A DNA stretch of 58,570 bases, taken from Atractiella rhizophila. Lineage: Eukaryota. The stretch's first letter is position 1. Each line of letters begins with the position of its first letter. The notes below the pieces were generated by a model, which was not told the origin of the DNA, made no database searches, and saw only the letters and a program-made list of their open reading frames with translations. The DNA is taken from positions 139,866-198,435 of the forward strand of contig MU271190.1 in NCBI GenBank assembly GCA_021432655.1. Reading direction: 5' to 3'. The position numbers were made by a program, and so were the translations under genes. Shown here in pieces: positions 37,307 to 49,777 of this stretch.

Positions 37307-39313
37307 CGCAAGCGTCTGATTGCAGCAACAATTCCGACCGTCGTGATTAACTTTGTTTCTTTTGTTCAAGGTGACTTTGGAAATGGAAATGGATACCTGT
37401 GGGTAAATCGTATGAATTACTTCTTGAATGATAGGTAATGTCTTTATAGTTGTGATAGAGATAAGTGGTACTACAGCGAGTACGAATCTTGAACGAAACA
37501 ATAAACAAGCAAGCACGACTCTTCTCGTAGGGTAAAACAGCAGGCAGTCCTCTCATGGCCATTCCCAACACATAAAACATCATCAGTATATCTGCATCGT
37601 ATTCAAGGCGCGCTCAAAGAAAGAGAAAAACGGAGAAGAGGCACGACCTTTCTCATTCCAGCGCTTCAACTCCGTCGTACCAAACCTCAAAGCGATCTTA
37701 GACTTGACAACCACAAACGGACCATCTCACCTTGCCATGTCGAATGAACCGTTGCATTCTCCAACAGCCTGGAGAGGTTTGCGCAAACGATGGCAATCTG
37801 ACGAAAGCCAGGGCTTCAAGATCTGTCCACAATAGACCATCTCAGTCGTCGACATAAAGAGGTATCACGGGTCGAAGAGATTTTACCATTCGTGTCCAAC
37901 ACTGACCTGGGAAACACACCATCCCCTCCCGTACCCATAACTGAGTCGAGATAGCGCCAAATCCTCCGATTCTCCAGGTGGTTGATGAGTGAGTGCATTT
38001 GGTGGAAACAATGGGTTACATGTTCTTCGGGGGACATTATACCGTTCTGTGGTATCCAGAAAGAAATGCCAATACACGAATAGTTTGCGAATTTTGAAGG
38101 AAAAAATCGCCTTCTCTACAATCGGAGTCCAGAAATGACGAACATCGTATCCCCCATCTGGTCGTGCCACCTATCCATGCCTTTCCACTAGATGAGAACG
38201 ACAACGATGGAGGGAAGACAGTCCAGCGTAGAACACGAACATACCTTGAACCGTCCAACGTCCACGCAGCACTTGTTCCGGATCAGCAGCCTTATATCTC
38301 TCCCTCAACCCCAGTTCTCCAGCTACGAGGTGTCCAGAGGCGGAGAGATCCGCGCCGTCGACTAGTGCTGTTTCCTGTTGCAGAGAACTATCATGACTTA
38401 GAGGTTATTGACGGGAACGGAATTGCACGGCTCTTTGAGAAAAGCTTTCACGTCTCATCCATTCGGGACATAGAGGCCAAGTTCATAACTAGTATAACTG
38501 GATTAACATCTAACGCTGAAGGAGAAAGGGTTACATACCGTGATTCAAGCCTTCCACCTCGTGCATACACTAGTGGAAGTAATCCTTCGCCGCTCCAAAC
38601 CAAAATTCGACCATATGAGTGTATATCTTCTGCGAGCTGGGCGAGGAGGCAAGGGCGGTAGTTCGTTGCTCCTCCGAGGCTTGACTAGGATATCTCGTAG
38701 GACTGGATATCGAGTTGGGTGAGAACAAAATGGAGTCCCCTTCAAGTTTGATCCTCTTCGTCTCAGACTCTTCAAAAGGGGTCCGTGGCATCCGGAGAGC
38801 GCTTTCCCTTCCCTTTAGATACCGGACGAATCGGCATACGTTCTGGAAGATGGACATGCAACTTACACCACCTCCATTTGTCGGTCAAGGTCCTGCTATC
38901 ATGCAGAAGATCATGCAGAAGATATGTGGGACAACACTGTGTTGGGAAGCGTCAATATCTCCTCCTCAGCCCACTCTTGACATCCCACTCTTGGCCACCA
39001 CTCTAATTCTAATCCTATCGTTATCACCTCTCACTGTACATATTTTCCAGCATTGATATCACAGATTTGAATGTTGATGTGAGGCAAGCGAAGAATGTAA
39101 TTTCTCTTTAAATTTTCGTCGCACAGATGTCTGTGGAGAGCTCGCACTTCTTCAGTGGATCCAATGTATTCTTGAACTTGAAGCCTTTAAGTACTATTGA
39201 TTTCATTTAACAACCTTGGTCTAATTGAATATCGAGCGCTCGTGCAGTCATCTCAGAAAACAGATCATTGCTAGACAATCAGTTCAAGAAGCAGAAACTA
39301 AATTTGCCTAACT

Positions 39314-40900
39314 TCAGCAATCATCCATGATCGTCCCCCAGTAAGGGCCATAATGCCAGCAAGCATAACATCTTTCATCCTATATTAGTTGCCTTCCGAT
39401 CTGATAGACAGAACTTACGGATCATCTGCCGCTCCAAACTGATCAGCGCAGAGCCAATTCTCGAATGGCTGTGTTCCTCTTCCTGTATCGACAGGGCAGT
39501 AGTTCACTTGTCCATTGTTTGCGTTACAGCTGAAAGGATCGCAACCTGCCTCGGGTTCTTTGTTGACATCGCAGATGGAGCAGTCGGGACAGCGTAGACA
39601 TTCGTAGGTCGTCTGATTAAAAAATTCATTCTGCGTCCTTTAGGCAGCAAACAGGTTAGATCTTCTAAAAAGGAGAACGTGATGGACGTACTGTTCAAAT
39701 CCCAAAAACTTTGCTGGAAGTCGGGGGACAGGATCTCGCCAGTTCGTGTAGTGAAGAGTATTGTTTCCTAACTACAGATTGACTTATTATTTTGCCCTAT
39801 CCGACTTGACGAAGTGGAAGACAGACGAGTTGGTCGTAATACACCGCAAAAGCGCCATTCCCGGTCCTCGGTTGGCCATATCCCACAGTCTGAATGGGGA
39901 TGTCAGGATCGATGTTAATCCTGAGCTGCAAAGAGTCCAACACGGAAACGGCACCTCCCAAGGAGTGACCTTTTTGCAGTCAGTAGTGGCTGGTCAGATG
40001 CTCTGATTTATTTACCTGTCAGAATGATCAATCCTTTGGAAGGATTGGGGAAATGGTTGATCGCATCCCGTACAGCCTGTCACATATGTATGACTGATGA
40101 GACTGTGAAGATTTCTAGTTGAGGAAGTTGTGTACCTTAAGCACTCTTTCGTTGGTCTGGAGGTAAGTGTCCAAAAAGAACCCATTCACCCATTCGGCAC
40201 CAGTAGGGTGAGCTCCCTTCCCTCTATTGATTAAGGACGGGTCCAGAGGCTTGATCACCCAGGAGTAGACTAAATCGTCCCACAATCTGTGTTCCACGAA
40301 AAAAATATTAGACCAATGGAGGGGAAAGGCGAAAGCAAGTGTAAACGTACTCTGACCAGGTTTTACTGCCTTCTCGGAAGATGTAAACCGTGTTCGGATC
40401 ACCAGGGAAAGTGGCGATATACACTTGGGGACGGCTCAGCGGACAGATGACTGGTGAAGGAAAACTGACCGCCAGGATAGACATCATCGCCTTTATGCTC
40501 AAGGTACCAATTAGGTTTTTCGAGTCCACTCGCCTTGCAAGGCTCTAAGACCCAATCCCCGTGCCGCATTATCTTCCTATACACACGAAAGGGGAGAAAG
40601 GGAAAACGCACTGCAATCCCATGCTATCGTCGCGTCTCCACAATAAGCAGCGGAGGCAATCGGGGCCAGTTGGGGAAGCAGGAGAGCGCTATGTATCACA
40701 TCATTGGAGACAGCGAATGGAGTAGCGTTCACTCTCTTAGCGGAGCTCGTGATCCATTTGCCGGCTGGACCCTGAGCGAACGGGGGAACGGGGAACTTTG
40801 GCTTTCCTCCAGGCTTCCCTGCTACGTCAGACGAGAGAGGGTTGAAGGTCGATTGGGTAAGGAGAAAGGGGACGGCGAAACGAGCTAGAGCCTGCAACAT
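39314..40900 (-). CDS. Class-3 (fungal-type) lipase, probably secreted, 9 exons, intact (lipase A)
   Basis: Hydrophobic N-terminus, ASAAYC, FREGS, LTGHSLGGA nucleophile motif, GQPRTGN, RDPVPRLP and terminal WHYGPYWG. Exons join in frame via GT-AG introns. Confidence 0.9.
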
Positions 40901-42559
40901 GATTCTGCTTTGATTTCTGGAGGAAAGGAATGCTCATGATGGCGATTTATATTTTCTCTCAATCGTTGAGGGAGGTAGAGGAGTACGATTTTCTTCACAT
41001 TATCGCCTTGGTGTAAATCAGAGATAATCCTCCTGTCGTTCTTCCACTATACCTCAGCACCTTCAGAGAATGCAGAGTCGTGTCAGGTGATGCTGCTTCA
41101 GGTATGTGGGCCGCAAAAATAGCAACAATGAACCCGCGGTCGTGTCGCTGTTTCAATTGGAGAAAGAAAGGGCCGAAAGTGCCAGGAGACTGAGGGAGAC
41201 AGCTCCTGACAGGGTCACGATTTTCACTCCTCTGTCATGGGCAGAAAATCATTTTTTTGCCTCTTCCTTCCATCTCGGAGAACAGCACTGTCACGCCCGT
41301 TGGGAGAGTTAGCACAATTAATTGTAGCCATTCAAGCTCGCACCATGAAGTTGGAACCTCGGATGGGGCGGCTGGGAAATGGAGACTGAAATAAGTTGAC
41401 AGAGACACCTTTTTCCTGTTGCTAGAAGTGCGGGAAGCGGGAACCAGATGATGGTCACTGAGGGTATGAAGTGTGCCCTGCCCAGCTGAAACACCATAAA
41501 TAGAGGACGGTACGGGTCAGGAGGACGGAGAACACGACAAAGTACAGGGAATGCAGCCATCAAGATTTCATTTCTTTACCTCGAAGGAAGAAGAACAAGT
41601 CGGACGAACAAACAGTCGAAAAACAACATGGTGCGCTGAAAGCCGCAGCGAGGACGTATATTAAGTCACGAACTCCGACTGTGGCTACGTAGATTATATC
41701 ATTGAGTAGATTGCGGGCGAGGTAGCCTTAGCATTACTGTAAATGTATGTCTTCTATCTTAGTTCATGCTCTCCGAACAGGTGAGCATATCGTTCGTGGG
41801 CTCCATTTCTTTCAGATTCTCTCCGCCCGTCATGGAAGCGGATGACGACGCAGTAAGTTTTCTGTTGATCCTGACAACACTCTGTGATGATACATCTCAC
41901 GACTCTTAATTCGAACATCTTGTAGCCATTCTCGATTATTGGTTCGTAGTTAAGATTGGCTAGTATTGACCATGTAACGAAGCACAAACGATAAATTTTC
42001 AACCGAGGCACGCTCCTAGGATGTTACCCAATGAGTGAGAACTGAGATTCTGAGAAGCAACAGGCAAGAGAAGAGCAGGCTACCCATCCTTTGCCTCAGG
42101 GTTGGCATTTGACAGCTGCCCTAATTTGGAGTCACCTTCCTTCCTCAGTTTCTGTTATTCAGCTCAGATTGAGATTGTTACAGGATGAAGGAAATAATTA
42201 TATGATAAATGTTTTTTCTAATCCTAAAGCCGTGGGAAGGCTATGAAAGGGAAACACAACATCACGCCGCTATATTCCTTCTCTCTCAGAGGCTCTCAGC
42301 ATGTCAGGAGCTGAATGAACGATTGATGAAAGAGCGAACGAAAAATTCTGGTTTTGAACGTTGAACCTCGCACCTTGAGCGGGCTATGACACTCTCTCCT
42401 GTCCACACAAGCATATTGATAAACCTCATCCCATCTGCCTAACAGCGTCGCCTCACAGGTATGTATTCGTTTTCGTTTTTTTTGTCAAAGTCGGATTCGG
42501 GACCGTGAAGGCAAACCTGAGGCAACAACGACCAAGTCCCAGCGCCTCGCCCAGCATCA

Positions 42560-45500
42560 ATGAACACTTCTGTCCGTCCAATCTACGCGCCATCGTCCCC
42601 TATATACCACCCTCCTCCACCAACCGCCCCATCCACCCGCACCACCCCTCTCTTAATCGACCATGGCTCCACCCATTTACGCTTCGGGTGGTCCTCCCCT
42701 TCGTCTAGTACAAGCTCAAATGGGCCAGCGTTGATACCGGCATTGAGCTCAAAATACAGGGATAGGAAGAATAATCGTTTGGTCTTGCTTGCTGGAGCGG
42801 ATTGTTGGGTTGACGCCCCTGCGAGGAGTGCGGTGAGGAGCGCGTGGGAGGGTGATGTTCTTTTGGGAGGGGAGGTGTTAGTATGTCTTTTCCTTTCAAT
42901 CTATTTCTGATAGGTTCGCGAATGGAGGAATTTTCGACGATTTGTTGGGCGGAGGCAGTATTGTGCTTGATTTTTTGCCTTGGGGTTCCACCTTTTAGTG
43001 TGGTGTTCGCGTTGAATGTGATCCTTTGTACCCCATGCACCGTTATCCCCTGCGTTATCTATCCAACAGCATATTCACAGTGGCCTTGGAAGGCATTGAC
43101 ACGATTTCTTGTACCTCCAAAGTCTATTGCCTCCGTGGACACTTACAATTCTGCTTTACACATAGCAGGAGAGCTGAAATTAGGTAGCGGAATGAGGACG
43201 GTTCTGGTTGATATGGAGGAATCATAGACTTGAAATTGTTCCTTTATCAGTTTCCCTTTTTTATCGGTTAGCCTCGCTGTCAATCATGGATGGTCCACAA
43301 CCCCTTCACGTATTGCCAGTGCTAATGCTTTATCCTTGCCACATGGCACCACAGCTGCGTTGTGCTATTCCATAGACTCAAACGACATAAGACAAGTACT
43401 GCAGAAGGATGGTTTGTGGTTACTCTCCCAAATGGATGTTCCAGCCGCATTGCTGGCATCCCAATTCCTATAAAGCTACATCAATGTGAGATGCTAGTAG
43501 ACCTGAATATGTGCCGTCTTTATTTTGGTCATATTCTCCTTTGCTGCTGCTGTAAATCAATCTGTAGCCGTATTGTCAATTTGTGCTAGTGGGAGTTTGC
43601 CTCCACCTTCCTCATATATATCTGCAACGGGATTGGGTAATAATGACTTTATGCACAAAGTGGCGTAGAACGTTGTAGGAGGGAGACTGGGGCGACGTGT
43701 GCCTCCCCTCGCCGCGCACTCTGTCATTGAGTGAGAATTTCAGAGACACGTGCATTCTTGCCCTATCCTTACACTCAATGATCTAATTTGGGTTTTGTCC
43801 TCACAGGAACACCTCTTTGACTACATGTTTCTCAATCTAGGTCTCTCTTCGTCGGACGAGACCATGGATGCAGAACGGATTGAACATCCCATCCTAATGA
43901 CAGAATCCTTAGGCAACCCTCTTTATTCACGCTCTAGTAAGTTCTCATTTCACTTGCATGTAAATCTGACATGCTCTCGAAGTGGTATCCGAGCTTGTCT
44001 TCGAGTGTTATGGCATACCGGCAGTGGGATACGGCATCGACTCGCTGTTCTCAGCGTATCAAAACGGTGTCAATTCCGGACTGGTCATCTCTTCTGGAAG
44101 CTCCAATACTCACGTCGTACCGATTGCGAACGGGAAGGGGCGATTGCGAGAAAGTCGCAAGTATGTCGGCCTTGTCACATTGATGTATCATGGTGACATT
44201 GAAGATAGATTCGCATGGGGAGCTTCGCAAGCGGCCGAATACATGCAAAAGCTTGTTCAACTGAAATATCCCAACTCTACCTCGCGTCTGTCCACCTTTC
44301 AAACCTCGGTAGGCTGTCCCTCGCCATTGCTCAATTTATTGACGGACGCGCGGGCCGAAGGCAATAATTCGAGATCATTGTTATTGTGCTCTAGATTATC
44401 AAGCCGAATTGCGTGAACTTTCTGATCCTCAAAAAATGGCGGAAATTGACCGTGCCATTCAATTCCCTTTCACGGCCAATGTGCTTATGCTTTCTTCCTC
44501 TTGGAATATCATTAAAGCTGTAATAGGCTACGGACGAGAAAACGGAGGAGGAGCTCCAGAAGCAGCATGAAAGACGGGTCGAACAGGGAAGACGGTTGCA
44601 AGAACAAACCACAAAACAAAGAATGGAGAAGGTATGACCCGTTTCCGCTGCTCGGCTATGGGCTTGACTAAATGAAATCAATACAGCTCCTCCAACAAGA
44701 ACAAGACATGGAGGGATTCATTGAGCTTAAGAGGTTCAAAGAGAAGGAGAAGAAGGCGGACTGGTTGGTACGCGGCCCTCGCTGACTTGTCGGACTGCTA
44801 CCTCATTCCGTTGCACGGCAGAGACGATTGCAGGGTGAAGGCTTCGAATCGGAAGCGGAACTGGATACAATCATGAAGAAGACAGAAAGAAGTTTGCAAA
44901 GAGCGCGCAATAGGGAACTTGGAATAGATGAGAATGAAGACAAGGTTCGTCGTCTGCAGCTTCCACAGTTCTGGCGGCTGATGGGGGGGAGAGAAGGCGC
45001 CACCTACTTTCCCTCTCGTGGAAGTCCCTGACCACACCTTAACCGAGGAGGAGTTGAAGGAAAAGAAGAAGCAACGATTGATGAAAGCAGCCTACGAAGC
45101 GCGTCAACGAGCAAAGGCTGAGAAAGAGAGAGAAAGAGAGCGCCAAGTACGTCACTTCCATCGGCCCGCATCGAATGTTCTGCGGATTTATTTGTCCCTG
45201 TTTGCCCAGGCTGAGGAAGCAAGGAAGGATGAAGAGAGGCGGATTTCGAATCCTGAGGTATGGCTCGTTGACACAAGACAGGAATACAAGGTACGCTCCA
45301 TGTCGACTCAGAACATATTAAATGAACGTCATTGGTGTTATTTCGGACGCCCTGGAGCTGGAGCTGGATCTTGGCTGAATCAAGCTCAGAGTTCAGGCGC
45401 GCTTTTTGCCGAGCTTAGATCTATCATGCACATCCCGTCACACGTCGCGCTTTCGCTCTCTTTGACATGACGACGAGGCGTCTATTGACATCGTTGTTGT

Positions 45501-46762
45501 GGGAGTAGGATGTGATGGCACGAATTAAGGATCGACAGAAGAGAAAAGAGCAGCTGACAGATCGGAAGTCCTTAGCCGCCCAACAGAGAATGAAAAACAT
45601 CGCGACACTCGCCTCTGACGCAGGCGCAGGGGGGAACGGGAAAGCCAAACGTCGGCGTGGAAAGAACGGTGAGTGAACGAGCTTGTGAATGGGTTTCACA
45701 AGCAAAACACATCATAACATGTTTCTACTTTCGTCTATTCATCCATCGATCACGGCGATTTTTTGACGAGATGAGATTGCATTGGACTGCATGCTGACGA
45801 TGACGAATTGTTTGCAGATGATAACTTTGGCGCCAAGGATGAGGATTGGATGGTGTACCGTGAAATCGTGCGTCCTCACACCCCACCATCCATCCCAGTC
45901 CTATGATCATCAAACCATGCTGACTATTCGCGTGTGTTTCTCTCTGCCGTATCGTCTGGTTACGACCTTTCGGATCTCCAACTACTGCCCATTACCTTCC
46001 ATTTGCCCGACTTTCGGATCTTCCCACATATTCCATCATTCCCTTGACACTCTCTGACTTGTTCATTCACCCGACAAACTTACGACGTGTACGTGTAGGG
46101 AAACGAAGACTCCGGTGAGGAAGATGAGGATGTGGCATTGTTGAAGTCGCTTGAGACCCGTTTACTCTCATACGACCCAACATTCACGTCGGAGGATACT
46201 CTAGAGCGGAAAGCATTACGTCGATCCCAACTTCTCAATGCCTTTTCAAAGGGACTCGCACCTTCTGATCCCTTAGAATGGTACGACCCTGAGAATCCGG
46301 AACACCTCGCAAGGGTTCATTTGAACGTGGAGAGGATACGAGTACCGGAGGTGTTGTGGCAGCCAGACATTGCTGGTTTAGACTGTGGGGGGATAGAGGA
46401 GTTAGTGGGCAACGTGATGAGGAATGTGGGGGTTCAGAAGGTGCGTTTGTTCTACCGCACCGTCCACCTAAGTTTGCGCTGAATGGAAGGACTAGACATT
46501 CTTCGTCACTGGCGGTAATACGCTCCTCCGTCAATTCGATGACCGCCTGAAGAGCAGCATAACCTCCCTCCTTCCCTTCAACACGCCCTTCAGCTACGTA
46601 AAAGCTCAAGACCCTATCATTGACGCATGGAACGGTATGAAAGCTTGGGTGAATCGTGAGGATGCAGAGTTCAAGAACAGCTTGTTGACCCGCCAAGAAT
46701 GGGAGGAGATGGGTGGAGAATACGTGAAAGAGAATAGGTTTGGAAACCTGTCCCCTTACTAG
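42560..46762 (+). CDS. ARP5: Actin-related protein 5 (INO80 complex subunit)
   Basis: LLIDHGSTHLRFGW, IEHPILMTE, SELVFECYGIPAV-YGIDSLFS, LKEKKKQRLMKA, RKSLAAQQRMKNIA, DDNFGAKDEDWMVY, HLNVERIRVPEVLWQP, FVTGGNT, EYVKENRFGN. Multi-exon, stop at 46760-46762. Confidence 0.95.
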
Positions 46763-47166
46763 CCTCGGTACATGCATGTGTTGCAAGTCTATCATTGTTC
46801 TCCTTACCGATCCCGTCTGAGCCTTATCCCCTCGTTATCGATTGCTGGTTGATGGATTGCACAAAGTTATGGTGTGAGTGGTCCCGTGAGCTGCAAGGGT
46901 CAATCCCAGGAGAATGGTAGCGGGTGAAAGGAGCCAACCTTGGCATCCCGATCTCTGGTTCGTATGGAAACTTCGGGGCAGCGATCCTAAGCGATCCGTC
47001 TTTGTGCCCAACCGTCAACGTTCCATCGTCCAGCGCGGCACCGCCTGCAGGTCTGACAAAAAAAGAGAGATCCAAACGGCCGGGATCGCTGGCTTGGTTG
47101 CGACAGGAGTTACGAGGGACTGGAATATCCAGACTGTCGGGTTCGGCACGGATCCGCGTTCGTTTG

Positions 47167-47174
47167 TATAAAAA
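47167..47174 (+). promoter_or_regulatory. Candidate TATA box of the zinc-finger microprotein gene
   Basis: TATAAAAA ~130 nt upstream of the ATG at 47301. Confidence 0.45.
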
Positions 47175-47300
47175 GGCTGCAGTCCCGAAGACGTCTCCCA
47201 GCACACCAGTCAACGACGCTTCGAGTTTCGAGTTCTCTCAGTCTCCTTTGGAGCAAGGATCAGCGTTTTAGCAACAAGCAAGCAGACCACAGTAACAGTG

Positions 47301-47607
47301 ATGGCGTCTTTTGGATTGGGAGCTACGTGAGTGTTTATCCTTACCCTGTTTCTTTTCTTTCGTTATGTTCATTGCTGACTGCGTTCGGACGGGTTGCAGA
47401 AAGAAATTCTTCGTTAACCTCTCGAAGCCCCGAGAAAATGAGTATTATTGTCCTTTTTGTGCGTCATCTTCCCCTCCTTGCCCCCCTTTCTCATTTACCA
47501 AAATGAAAATGAAATGCTGACTCGGTGGTGCGATAGGCGGGAAGAGGTACTATACCATCGAAAACTTCAATCGTCACACGGCGAAGTGCAATGGGCCCAT
47601 CCAGTAA
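47301..47607 (+). CDS. 51-aa single zinc-finger (C2HC-type) microprotein; exons 47301-47326, 47400-47458, 47537-47607
   Basis: Introns GTGAGT..GCTGAC..CAG and GTGCGT..GCTGAC..TAG. The spliced product is MASFGLGATKKFFVNLSKPRENEYYCPFCGKRYYTIENFNRHTAKCNGPIQ*. Confidence 0.8.
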
Positions 47608-49490
47608 TCTCGCCACCTCTCCATCGCTCCACAAAGAACTCCTTATCCCTCCCTCCTTCATACTCATCTCCTCGCCTCACAAGCCTCGGATTCATCGCAT
47701 CTCAATGTAACTGGCGCCGACACACATCAACGACTTCTCCTAACCACAACTATCCATTTCATTCCATTTGATATTCTACATTCGACTTCTTAATCTCTTT
47801 CGTACATATTCGCCACCCCTTCTCCGTCGTTGTAGTAGTAGTATGTGAGCCTCGATGGTTTAAACTCCTTCGATTGTTCGATCTGTTCCACTTTGACTCT
47901 GTGTAATGAGTTGCTTGAAGTATGCGTTTGATTTCGTCTAGTTACAGTTGCTACTGAAAGAAGAAGACAGAAGATGTGATCAACTACTTAGCTAGCGATA
48001 TACAATACTAATCCCTTTACCCTCACGTCCTTGCTGCGTCTGCGTTCCTTGGTTCCTGAAGCAAAGCCCTGCATCTCATGCTAGGATTCTCCTTTCCCAG
48101 CAATAAGCACAATAAGTCCAATCGCATCCACAACACACCCAACATGACGAACGAGCCCCTGAACCAGCATGAACGGACGACCCTCTCCCGACGCACAGAA
48201 CTTTGCGATCACCAACAGAAGCTCGAGATCCGAAAAGTCTCCATTGCAATTGATTAAAATTGATTCATATTGATTGTCCAAATTTTCGAACTTGGTGAAA
48301 GACCCGAACTCTCAATTTCCGAGGCTGAAGTACGAAAGGTGTGGATCGCGCGAGTTGTGCGTGGGAATGAGAATTGGAGCACGGAACAATCCAACCGCGA
48401 AGGTTGGGGGCTCGGAGGGGAGGAACTGGAGCGAGAAGACGACTACTAGGTAAGTAGGTTAGTTTATGCTCGAGATGTGAAACTCCACCATCGCTCATTT
48501 CTCAATGGCGCAACATTGCTCGATGACCATTCTGCGTGGGTGCATGGCTCCAGAACTCCAAAGGATTGTGTATCCATTCCACAGAGATTCTGGGTGGGAT
48601 TAGCCAACTTCGAGCTTCGGCTCCAAGCTTCACAGTGACATGAGGATCGCTCAATCAGGCCAAATCTTCACCCCATTCTGAGCTTTCTGATTGTATCAAA
48701 CCACTGTCAGGATAGACCTTGGATCTTGTTCAAACCCAGGACATTGACCAATTTGACGATCATCATATGCAAAATATGCGAAAATAAACTGGGATTGAGC
48801 TCATGAGCTAGTATGGAGCGATGAGCAGCCAGGAGAGGAGCCACTTCGCTTCCACTTTCTCAAGGTCACCAACTGACAGCACTGCAACCCCCGAGACGAG
48901 GCAAATTGACCTTCCGCATGCATCACGGACAGTTAGCTCCATCCCTTCAATCGGATTGGCCTCTGTCCTAGGGACAAGAAGGGACATAACCTTGCCTGCC
49001 ACCGGCATGCGTGGTTTGGATAAGGAAGCGGCGAACTATCCACAATCCTGCTGTGGGGTAATTACACAAATCCTCGCTTTCAAGCTAGCAGGAAAATAGA
49101 TCTCAGTTCCTGTTCCCTAGAATATATGACTAAGATCCTGACACCTGATCACGATTGTGGGAGCACACGAGAGCTTGCACAGGAGCGGTTGGGCAGGACC
49201 GGTCGTGTGCTCTGGTATTCTCTTGTGGGATGATGGAAATATTGGGCAAAAATGCACTAGAAATCATGAAACCGGAGCGGTCATGGCCGTACTCACCGGG
49301 GAGCGTGTTGCCGTTTCATAGACCTGTACGGTGGAGACATGCAGAGGACTACGAAAGACCGTTCGGTATTATCTGTAACTACAGCAAGTGAATTCCCGGG
49401 GAATAGCACCTGTTCTGAGAAGATCCAAGCTATCGAAAGGCTCGCGGTCTGCTCAAATGTATCTGCTGGAATTCCTGTCGAGTTAGCTGC

Positions 49491-49777
49491 CTGTCCTTTT
49501 GAGAGCTTGATAACCTAGGCGAGTGGAACAGCTTCACGTTGATATCTAACTTCCTAAATGGATCAATTGAACATGAAAACGAAGGACGTTCATGACTTTT
49601 CAGTGCCTAAAAAAAGGTGATGTTCTGCTAATTACTGTCCTTTTGAGAGCTTGATAACCTAGGCGAGTGGAACAGCTTCACGTTGATATCTAACTTCCTA
49701 AATGGATCAATTGAACATGAAAACGAAGGACGTTCATGACTTTTCAGTGCCTAAAAAAAGGTGATGTTCTGCTAATT
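49491..49777. repeat. Perfect tandem duplication, 2 x 143 bp (144-bp period)
   Basis: CTGTCCTTTTGAGAGC...TTCTGCTAATT starts at 49491 and again at 49635. Confidence 0.95.

Noticed and set aside
37800..39060. Gene around ORF 38164-38661
   Set aside because: Fragmented frames with no consistent splice model and no recognisable motif; possibly a decayed gene but unsupported.
42910..43640. Decayed antisense ORF with a CxxC motif inside ARP5 intron 1
   Set aside because: Stop density is close to random expectation and there is no recognisable domain.
46800..47160. Structured ncRNA (SRP, RNase P/MRP) between ARP5 and the microprotein gene
   Set aside because: GC-rich, but the diagnostic conserved motifs were not found on either strand; more likely 3' UTR and promoter.
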